Source: an uncultured Alphaproteobacteria bacterium (GTDB taxonomy: Bacteria; Pseudomonadota; Alphaproteobacteria; Rs-D84). From it: a stretch of DNA of 60,256 nt. The DNA lies in NCBI GenBank assembly GCA_946613195.1, contig CAMOFE010000002.1, positions 1-60,256 on the forward strand, in the 5' to 3' direction. Positions 53,899 through 60,256 of this stretch are shown here, in pieces. A model generated the notes under the pieces. The model was not told the origin of the DNA. It made no database searches and saw only the letters and a list, made by a program, of their open reading frames with translations. The position numbers and the translations under genes were made by a program. Position 1 is the first letter of the stretch, and each line of letters starts with the position of its first letter.

Positions 53899-55794
53899 CT
53901 TCTTTTCAGAAAAGTCTGCATCGGTTGCGTTATTGTCCGATGGTTTGTCGCCACTTGGATTTTGTGCGGCGGCTTGTTCAGCCTGGGCGGCTTTATAGAC
54001 CGCTTCGCCCAGCTTCATTGCCTTTTCTGTTAATGCATCTGTTTTTTCTTTTAATGATTCCACAGTTGCATCTTGCTTTGCCAATTCATCAGACAATGCT
54101 TTCTTGGCATCTTCTATTGCAGATTTTTCATCTGCTGATATTTTATCGCCATGTTCTTTCAACGATTTTTCAATACTGAACACCGCGGTTTCGGCGGTAT
54201 TGCGTGCCTCGGCTAACTCGCGTTTCTTTTTATCGCTTTCGGCATTTGCGGCGGCTTCATCAACCATACGTTTGATTTCGTCTTCGGACAACCCACCATC
54301 TGATTTAATTGAAATCGCCTGTTCTTTGCCTGTACCTTTATCTTTTGCAGATACATGTACAATGCCATTTGCATCAATATCAAATGATACTTCTATTTGT
54401 GGCATACCGCGTGGGGCAGGTGCAATACCTTCCAGATTAAATTGCCCCAGTAATTTATTATCAGCCGCCATATCGCGTTCACCTTGGAATACGCGAATTG
54501 TAACCGCAGATTGATTATCTTCGGCGGTACTGAATACTTGGGATTTTTTTGTCGGGATTGTTGTATTACGGTCAATCAAGCGCGTAAATACACCACCCAA
54601 TGTTTCAATACCCAATGACAGCGGTGTTACATCCAACAATAAAACATCTTTGACATCGCCTTTTAGAACGCCACCTTGGATTGCAGCACCCATACCGACA
54701 ACTTCGTCTGGGTTTACACCTTGGTGTGGTGCGCGACCAAAGAATTCGCGTACTGTTTCCACGACCTTGGGCATACGGGTTTGACCGCCGACCAAAATAA
54801 CCTCGTTAATTTGGGATGTGGATAAACCTGCATCTTTTAATGCCTTGCGACATGGTTCAATGGTGCGTTCAATCAAATCGCCAACCAATGATTCCAGTTT
54901 TGCACGCGATAATGTTGTGTTAAAGTGCTTTGGCCCACTGGCATCCGCAGTTAAATACGGCAGGTTGATTTCCGCAGATGTACGCGAAGACAATTCTATT
55001 TTTGCTTTTTCTGCGGCTTCTTTCATACGTTGCAGTGCCAATTTATCGCCGTTCAAGTCAATGCCAGATTGCGCCTTGAATTCAGATACCAAGTGTTCCA
55101 AAATGCGCGCATCAAAGTCAGAGCCACCCAATGCCGTATCGCCGTTGGTTGATTTAACCTCAAACACGCCATCAACAATTTCCAAAATAGACACGTCAAA
55201 TGTACCACCGCCCAAGTCATAGACCGCAATAACACCGTCTTTGTTCTTGTCCAGGCCATACGCCAATGCCGCCGCGGTTGGTTCGTTCACAATACGCAAA
55301 ACATTTAATCCTGCGATACGACCCGCATCCTTGGTTGCCTGGCGTTGTGAATCGTTAAAGTATGCCGGCACAGTGATAACCGCATCAGTTACTGTTTCAC
55401 CCAGGTAACTTTCGGCATCTTTCTTTAATTTTGCCAAAACGATTGCAGAAATCTGGGATGGCGCATATTTTTTGCCATCAATTTCAACCCATGCATCACC
55501 ATTGTCGCCCGCGACAATTTTATATGGAACGCGTGCCGCAATTTCGCGTACGGCATCACTGTCATAACGCAGCCCCATTAAACGTTTAATTTCATAAATT
55601 GTATTTGCTGGGTTTGTTACCGCCTGGTTTTTCGCGGTAATGCCAACCAACTGTTCGCCCCCAGATGCGATTGCAACCACAGATGGTGTTGTGCGTGCAC
55701 CTTCGGCGTTTTCAATAATTTTTGGGTCTTTGCCGTCCATAAATGCCACGGCAGAATTTGTTGTACCCAAGTCAATACCAATTACTTTTCCCAT
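53896..55794 (-). CDS. dnaK: Molecular chaperone DnaK (Hsp70)
   Basis: [37 protein letters not shown], 632 aa. Confidence 0.95.
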   Translation of the reverse strand: MGKVIGIDLGTTNSAVAFMDGKDPKIIENAEGARTTPSVVAIASGGEQLVGITAKNQAVTNPANTIYEIKRLMGLRYDSDAVREIAARVPYKIVAGDNGDAWVEIDGKKYAPSQISAIVLAKLKKDAESYLGETVTDAVITVPAYFNDSQRQATKDAGRIAGLNVLRIVNEPTAAALAYGLDKNKDGVIAVYDLGGGTFDVSILEIVDGVFEVKSTNGDTALGGSDFDARILEHLVSEFKAQSGIDLNGDKLALQRMKEAAEKAKIELSSRTSAEINLPYLTADASGPKHFNTTLSRAKLESLVGDLIERTIEPCRKALKDAGLSTSQINEVILVGGQTRMPKVVETVREFFGRAPHQGVNPDEVVGMGAAIQGGVLKGDVKDVLLLDVTPLSLGIETLGGVFTRLIDRNTTIPTKKSQVFSTAEDNQSAVTIRVFQGERDMAADNKLLGQFNLEGIAPAPRGMPQIEVSFDIDANGIVHVSAKDKGTGKEQAISIKSDGGLSEDEIKRMVDEAAANAESDKKKRELAEARNTAETAVFSIEKSLKEHGDKISADEKSAIEDAKKALSDELAKQDATVESLKEKTDALTEKAMKLGEAVYKAAQAEQAAAQNPSGDKPSDNNATDADFSEKK

Positions 55795-55825
55795 AATTTC
55801 ACTCCTGTTAATTTATGTCTGACAC

Positions 55826-55855
55826 AGATATAGTTATGGGAATTATAATTTCAAG
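55826..55855 (-). promoter_or_regulatory. Candidate RpoH (sigma32)-type heat-shock promoter of dnaK
   Basis: Minus strand reads CCCCCTTGAA, then 16 nt, then CTATATCT, about 30 nt upstream of the dnaK ATG. It resembles the alphaproteobacterial CTTG-N17-CYTATNT consensus. Confidence 0.5.
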
Positions 55856-55869
55856 GGGGGCAGGGTACA

Positions 55870-55897
55870 TAATAAATCGCCCGTTTGGGCGATTTAT
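55870..55897 (-). terminator. Intrinsic terminator after rplY
   Basis: ATCGCCC-(4 nt)-GGGCGAT hairpin with T-rich flanks immediately downstream of the rplY stop. Confidence 0.65.
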
Positions 55898-55902
55898 TAA
55901 AT

Positions 55903-56526
55903 TTATTTCTTGGCAGGTGCTGCCGCAGGTGCCGCGGCCGCCGCAGGTTTGTTTGTTTCTTCATCGGGCATTTTACCACCGATTGTAACAAACGCCAATT
56001 CTGCCTGGTGCAGGCCCAGTTCAACACCACTTGGCAATACCAGGTCAGTACCGTGAACCACATCGCCAATTGTTAAATCTGTTAAATCAACAACGATTTT
56101 TTCTGGAATATTGTTAACCAAACCGCGCAACGCAACATGACGCACCGCAAAGTTCAATACACCACCCAGTTTCAATCCACGCGATGTTTCAACATTGATA
56201 ACTTCTACGGGAACTGTAACATTAACAGGCTCTTTAACATTGATGCGCTTGAAATCTACATGAATTGGTGCATCAGACACAGGATGATATTGAATATCCA
56301 TCAACATTGCATCTTCGGTGCCTTTTGATGTTTTGATTTGGAATAATTTTGTCCGCAAATAAGGTGTTTTTAACAACATACCAAATTCACGACCGTTTAA
56401 TTCAATCGCGATTGGGTCTTTCTTTTCGCCATAGATTACCGCAGGGATGTTGTTGGTTTTGCGAACTGCACGTGCGGCCCCCTTGCCAGCAACCTTGCGA
56501 ATTTCTGCATTCAGATTAATTGCCAT
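55903..56526 (-). CDS. rplY: 50S ribosomal protein L25/general stress protein Ctc
   Basis: INLNAEIRKVAGKGAARAVRKTNNIPAVIYG, a two-domain Ctc-type length (207 aa) and an Ala/Pro/Lys-rich tail. Confidence 0.85.
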   Translation of the reverse strand: MAINLNAEIRKVAGKGAARAVRKTNNIPAVIYGEKKDPIAIELNGREFGMLLKTPYLRTKLFQIKTSKGTEDAMLMDIQYHPVSDAPIHVDFKRINVKEPVNVTVPVEVINVETSRGLKLGGVLNFAVRHVALRGLVNNIPEKIVVDLTDLTIGDVVHGTDLVLPSGVELGLHQAELAFVTIGGKMPDEETNKPAAAAAPAAAPAKK

Positions 56527-56590
56527 TTTATAATCCTTTGTTTATTTATTAAATGTATTACGATGACCTCCAAGGGTGTCATCGCGGCAC

Positions 56591-56619
56591 ATTATTACCG
56601 ATAAACAACTGAAAATCAA
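56591..56619 (-). promoter_or_regulatory. Candidate sigma70-type promoter of rplY
   Basis: Minus strand reads TTGATT, 17 nt, AATAAT. A 7-bp hairpin (CGATGAC...GTCATCG) lies in the leader. Confidence 0.35.
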
Positions 56620-56668
56620 GATATTTTAATAAAAATTAAATCGCCGGACAAACCGACGATTGAATTTA

Positions 56669-56688
56669 TGGCGCGCCCTGCAGGATTC
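56669..56688 (-). repeat. 20-nt duplicate of the tRNA-Arg 3' end (att-like direct repeat)
   Basis: TGGCGCGCCCTGCAGGATTC at 56669-56688 is identical to 56833-56852 (T-stem 3' strand, acceptor 3' strand and CCA of tRNA-Arg). Confidence 0.85.
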
Positions 56689-56796
56689 CCTCGCTCGGCA
56701 CAAAATTGTGCCGGCTGTGGGGCATTCGTTAGCACTCAAACTTCACATATGCTCGTTTTCGTTTACTCATTGTCGAACAGGTTCTCATCCTGTGGG

Positions 56797-56830
56797 GCAA
56801 AAATAAAACCGGGGTAAACCCGGTTTTAAT
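56797..56830 (-). terminator. Intrinsic terminator immediately after tRNA-Arg
   Basis: Minus strand reads ACCGGG-TTTAC-CCCGGT followed by TTTATTTTT. Confidence 0.65.
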
Positions 56831-56832
56831 TT

Positions 56833-56909
56833 TGGCGCGCCCTGCAGGATTCGAACCTGCGACCTGCGGATTAGAAATCCGATGCTCTATCCAGCTGGGC
56901 TAAGGGCGC
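56833..56909 (-). tRNA. tRNA-Arg(UCU)
   Basis: Reverse complement GCGCCCT TA GCCC..GAGC A TCGGA TTTCTAA TCCGC AGGTC GCAGG TTCGAAT CCTGC AGGGCGC G CCA. Confidence 0.9.
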
Positions 56910-57052
56910 GTTGCGCGTATTCTATAATAAAAAACTAAAAAATTCAAGCACCGCGAATATTTTTGTGATTTTTTAATTGTGTTTTTGTTCCTGTACAATA
57001 TTACTGAATGATTTGATACAATTGTTGTGTCATAAAACCAAGGGGGAAAATT

Positions 57053-57526
57053 ATGAAAAAGTTTTGGACTTTTATTTTTGCTGTAATCGTGTCATTCATT
57101 CCAGGTATAATCGGGGTAATATTTACACCACATGGCGCATCCAACGTTTGGTATAATGCGCTGGCTAAATCGGCATTGACACCAGCAGGTTGGGTATTTA
57201 GTGTCGCATGGACAATTTTATATCTTTTGTTGGGTATTGCGTTGTTCTTGATTATAATTGACAAAGATAAACGCACTAAAAAGTCAAATGCATATTGGTT
57301 GTTCTTTGGACAAATGGTGTTGAATACATTATGGTCGTACGTGTTCTTTGGGGCACATATGGCAGCGTTGGCGTTGTTAATATTGATAATGTTGATTGTT
57401 GTATCTATCTATATGTCGCGCGCATTTCGTCCAATCAGCAAGGCGGCATCATACCTTGTTTGGCCGTATATAATATGGATGTGTTTTGCAACATACCTGA
57501 ATGCAACAATTATGATTATGAACTAA
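57053..57526 (+). CDS. tspO: TspO/MBR family tryptophan-rich sensory protein
   Basis: Five hydrophobic helices, with WYNALAKSALTPAGWVFSVAWTILY and NTLWSYVFFG (TspO signature Trp-rich motifs). Confidence 0.8.
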   Translation: MKKFWTFIFAVIVSFIPGIIGVIFTPHGASNVWYNALAKSALTPAGWVFSVAWTILYLLLGIALFLIIIDKDKRTKKSNAYWLFFGQMVLNTLWSYVFFGAHMAALALLILIMLIVVSIYMSRAFRPISKAASYLVWPYIIWMCFATYLNATIMIMN

Positions 57527-57527
57527 A

Positions 57528-57560
57528 AAGAAAACCGACATTTGTCGGTTTTCTAAATTT
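57528..57560. terminator. Bidirectional intrinsic terminator (tspO / ftsB)
   Basis: AAAACCGAC-ATTT-GTCGGTTTT. Confidence 0.7.
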
Positions 57561-57888
57561 TTAAAATTTTGAATTTTGAATCGCCGATATTTAAATACTG
57601 AAGTCCCAATTCTTCTATATAATCTGGTGAACCGTTTTTTATTAAACTAATATGGTGTTCCAGTGTATCCAGTGTTTGTGTTAATTCAGTCAATTCGGCA
57701 CGTTCACGATTTAAATTCCATGCGTTTATAATAAACCCTTGAATGTTACGGTCACCAAGGAACATACGAATAAACATAAACAGCGCCACAATTACCAACG
57801 CTAACCCGATTTTACCGCGCAAACCACCCGACCACGCGCGTCCAATAAATCCAAAGAAATTTTTGATTTTTTCCTTCATGCGTGTCAT
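57553..57888 (-). CDS. ftsB: Septum formation initiator family protein (FtsB/DivIC-like)
   Basis: Single TM helix followed by a leucine-zipper-like coiled coil (NLNRERAELTELTQTLDTLEHHISLIK) and PDYIEELG. Confidence 0.7.
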   Translation of the reverse strand: MTRMKEKIKNFFGFIGRAWSGGLRGKIGLALVIVALFMFIRMFLGDRNIQGFIINAWNLNRERAELTELTQTLDTLEHHISLIKNGSPDYIEELGLQYLNIGDSKFKILKI

Positions 57889-58819
57889 TATATCACAAAT
57901 GTTTAGTAATAATCAAATTTTTGCTGCACCACTTGCGGGCGTGACAGATAAACCATTTCGGCGCATTGTTCGTGAATTGTCGCCAATATCACCAATTGTG
58001 ACAGAAATGATATCGTGTCATTCGCTGGTTGAAGCACACAAAAATTGTCCACGAAATTTTGATAGTTATGATGACGAAGGTAATGTCGGTGCCCAGATTT
58101 TTGGTGCCGATGTTGCACTGATGGCGGATGCTGCGAAGATTCTTCAGGATGCTGGTGCAAAATGGGTAGATGTCAATATGGGCTGTCCAGTGCCAAAGGT
58201 TGCAACACGTGCAAATGCCGGTGCGTATCTTATGCGTGACCATAAATTAGCAGGCAAAATAATGGATGCGGTTGTGCGTGCTGTGCAAATACCTGTATCA
58301 ATCAAGACGCGTCTTGGCTGGGATGATAAACATATTGATTGGATGGATATGGTCAATGTCGCGGCAGAATCTGGGGTGAAATTTGTTGCGTTGCATGGAC
58401 GTACACGTGCGCAGCTTTACATGGGACATGCGCAATTACCAGATGTACACGATGCCCCAATTCCAATAATTGCAAATGGTGATATTCGCACCCCATTGGA
58501 TATGGAAAAAGCAGAAAGTCTTGGGTATTCGGGTGTAATGATTGGTCGTGGGCTTTTGGGGCGACCGTGGGCTTTGCACGAAATCGCGGGTGGGGCAGTG
58601 CCAGCGAATGTTGGTGAAATTGTTTTGCGCCACTTGGCATACACAATTGAATATTATGGCGCGCGTACTGCGGTAATGATGTTTCGCAAGCATGCAGCGT
58701 GGTACAGTGCGGGTATGCCAAATTCGGCTGAATTTCGTATTCGTGTAAATTCGCTGACCGACCCAGATGAATTAAAAGCTGAAATTTCTAAATTTTGGGG
58801 TTGCGAATTGAATATATAG
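57878..58819 (+). CDS. dusB: tRNA-dihydrouridine synthase B
   Basis: IFAAPLAGVTDKPFRRIVRE, VDVNMGCP and HGRTR are Dus family motifs. The start is ATG 57878 (the same distance to AAP as in E. coli DusB) or 57899. Confidence 0.85.
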   Translation: MRVIISQMFSNNQIFAAPLAGVTDKPFRRIVRELSPISPIVTEMISCHSLVEAHKNCPRNFDSYDDEGNVGAQIFGADVALMADAAKILQDAGAKWVDVNMGCPVPKVATRANAGAYLMRDHKLAGKIMDAVVRAVQIPVSIKTRLGWDDKHIDWMDMVNVAAESGVKFVALHGRTRAQLYMGHAQLPDVHDAPIPIIANGDIRTPLDMEKAESLGYSGVMIGRGLLGRPWALHEIAGGAVPANVGEIVLRHLAYTIEYYGARTAVMMFRKHAAWYSAGMPNSAEFRIRVNSLTDPDELKAEISKFWGCELNI

Positions 58820-58853
58820 ATTCTATGATATTACTAAAAATCAGGGGTTAAAT

Positions 58854-59738
58854 ATGGAAGAAGCTATCACAGATACAAATACAGAAATTAAGTCACATGC
58901 AGAAATGACTGCGGGTGAAATGTTGCGCAATGCCCGTACGACAGGTCGTCGTAAACGTGAATTACAGACTATTGCTAAGCAGTTATGTATTCGCGAAGAC
59001 TTTTTACAAGCATTAGAAGACGGTAATTATGCTGCATTGCCAGAAGTTGTGTATATTTTGGGTTTTGCGCGTAATTATGCAATGGAATTAGGATTGAACC
59101 CACAAGAAGTTGTCGATAAAATAAAACATGAATTGGGCTTGGTGACCGAAGGGCGCATTCCAGAAGATCCTGTGTTTGCGTCTAAAAAGATTGAAGCAGG
59201 AACACCAAAACGTGAAATGCCAAAAATTATGCCAATATTAAAGAAAGAATGGACATATGTTGTTCAGCATTGGAAATGGGCGGCTGGCATTGCATGTGGT
59301 GTTTTATTCTTGATTATCGCGTTGGTTATCGTGTTTTCTGGGACTGGAAATAAGAGTAATGAAACACCAACCGATGCACCAATTGTTGCGCCAGCAGAAC
59401 CAACAGAGCCAGCATATACACAACCAGTTCGCGAACGCTTTGGTTTGAAAAATCGCGAAAAGGCAACAATTATTTTGCAGGCGAATAAGTCAGCAGGCGA
59501 AGTCGGTACATGGGTGCAAATTGAAGATGCCCGTGGCAAAAAAGAAATTAGCCAGATTTTATTCCCTGGGGATATTTTCTATATGCCAAATGGTAATGGA
59601 TACAAGGGCACCTTTGGTAATGTTGCGGGAATCGACTTTTGGGTAAATGGCGAATTGGCACCAACGGTTAAAGCCAGCCGTAATGCCAAGGTGTCAATAA
59701 GTGCGGAAGCTTTGTTACCCAAACCGGCGAATAAATAA
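58854..59738 (+). CDS. rodZ: RodZ-like cytoskeleton protein (HTH domain, TM helix, DUF4115)
   Basis: N-terminal HTH GEMLRNARTTGRRKRELQTIAKQLCIREDFLQALEDGNY, a central TM helix, and a C-terminal WVQIEDARGKK...FPGDIFYMP. Confidence 0.7.
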   Translation: MEEAITDTNTEIKSHAEMTAGEMLRNARTTGRRKRELQTIAKQLCIREDFLQALEDGNYAALPEVVYILGFARNYAMELGLNPQEVVDKIKHELGLVTEGRIPEDPVFASKKIEAGTPKREMPKIMPILKKEWTYVVQHWKWAAGIACGVLFLIIALVIVFSGTGNKSNETPTDAPIVAPAEPTEPAYTQPVRERFGLKNREKATIILQANKSAGEVGTWVQIEDARGKKEISQILFPGDIFYMPNGNGYKGTFGNVAGIDFWVNGELAPTVKASRNAKVSISAEALLPKPANK

Positions 59739-59739
59739 T

Positions 59740-59766
59740 AAAACCGCCGTTATGGCGGTTTTTTAA
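59740..59766 (+). terminator. Intrinsic terminator
   Basis: AACCGCC-GTTAT-GGCGGTT followed by TTTT. Confidence 0.7.
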
Positions 59767-59813
59767 TCGGTGGCGGTTGAAAAATCTAAGTTTTTATTTA
59801 TACTATAATTGTT

Positions 59814-60256
59814 ATGAGTGGCGTTATAAAAATTCGCGGTGCACGCGAAAACAATCTTAAAAATATAGATCTGGACATACCAAAAAACAAATTGGTGGTC
59901 TTTACTGGCGTGTCTGGTTCGGGCAAGTCGTCATTGGCATTTAATACTATTTATGCCGAAGGCCAACGTAGATATGTTGAAAGTTTGTCGTCATATGCGC
60001 GCCAATTTTTAGATATGCAGAAAAAACCCGATGTTGATTTAATAGAAGGTTTATCGCCAGCAATTTCAATCGAGCAAAAAACTACATCAAAAAATCCACG
60101 TTCAACTGTGGGGACTGTCACCGAAATTTATGATTATCTGCGTTTGCTGTGGGCGCGTGTCGGTGTGCCACATTCACCGGTGACTGGATTACCAATTAAA
60201 TCCCAGACAATTGCTGAAATGGTTGACTGGACAATGAAAATTCCAGCAACAACAAA
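59814..60256 (+). CDS. uvrA: Excinuclease ABC subunit A (5' part; continues beyond window)
   Basis: [66 protein letters not shown] is read in frame from ATG 59814, with no stop before the window end. Confidence 0.9.
   Translation, partial: MSGVIKIRGARENNLKNIDLDIPKNKLVVFTGVSGSGKSSLAFNTIYAEGQRRYVESLSSYARQFLDMQKKPDVDLIEGLSPAISIEQKTTSKNPRSTVGTVTEIYDYLRLLWARVGVPHSPVTGLPIKSQTIAEMVDWTMKIPATT

Noticed and set aside
53674-53954. Two minus-strand Arg/Pro-rich ORFs (64 and 89 aa) at the end of the second tail-fibre-like gene.
   Set aside because: They exist only because the local 67% GC removes stop codons. They cross a terminator hairpin and have no start context. The GC anomaly itself is reported as a finding.
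56669-56832. Possibility that the tRNA-like 3' end plus upstream sequence is a (two-piece) tmRNA or a tRNA pseudogene.
   Set aside because: The acceptor 3' strand is AGGGCGC-G-CCA (the Arg tRNA copy), not the tmRNA alanine-type acceptor. No matching 5' acceptor strand and no plausible tag ORF ending in Ala-Ala were found. It is better explained as an att-like duplicate.
57878-57888. Divergent ftsB and dusB start codons apparently overlapping by 11 nt on opposite strands.
   Set aside because: This is probably just start-codon ambiguity: ftsB could start at ATG 57879 and dusB at ATG 57899. It is not evidence of anything unusual without experimental starts.
1-60256. Searched by eye for transposases, integrases, restriction-modification or toxin-antitoxin pairs, cas genes, reverse transcriptases and prophage structural genes.
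   Set aside because: None were recognised. The only mobile-element hints are the HNH gene near tRNA-Gly and the tRNA-Arg 3'-end duplicate, both reported separately.

Overview
This is a densely coding, AT-rich chromosomal segment (roughly 40% GC by eye, not computed) that looks alphaproteobacterial. Supporting markers are a DUF1013/TrcR-like protein upstream of rpoD, a DUF2155 protein, an AddA-type helicase with the alphaproteobacterial N-terminus, and an LmdC-like M23 peptidase next to a bactofilin. Most of the window is housekeeping: lpxA-lpxB, rpiB, dcd, era-queA-(M16 peptidase)-tgt, corA, acpS, addA, recN, xseA, tsaD, rpsP-rimM-trmD-rplS, pfk, RNase J, prfB with its classical +1 frameshift, an amidase, ihfB, a fused accD-accA, cysS, rpoD, dnaK, rplY, tspO, ftsB, dusB, rodZ and the start of uvrA. 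There are also 7 tRNA genes (Leu partial, Pro, Gly, Ser x2, Arg). Convergent genes are separated by very similar bidirectional hairpin terminators. Lineage-specific secreted or surface proteins are interspersed: two Cys-rich secreted paralogs, a BspA-like 31-aa-repeat protein, a collagen-like protein with perfect internal DNA duplications, and two tail-fibre-like secreted paralogs. I found no CRISPR array, IS/transposase, integrase or recognisable defence island, and no single clear novel system. The best candidates for follow-up are: (i) a tandem paralog pair, one with and one without a Cys-His-Asp signature, between tsaD and xseA; (ii) two small translationally coupled ORFs embedded in the rpsP-rimM-trmD-rplS operon; (iii) a 2.4-kb accessory block between rpoD and dnaK (NMP-kinase-like gene plus two tail-fibre-like secreted paralogs, one ending in a 67% GC segment); (iv) a 20-nt duplication of the tRNA-Arg 3' end 144 nt downstream of the gene (att-like scar); (v) a split AddA without addB; (vi) the AccD-AccA fusion. 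All functional calls rest on motif recognition by eye, with no database search run.
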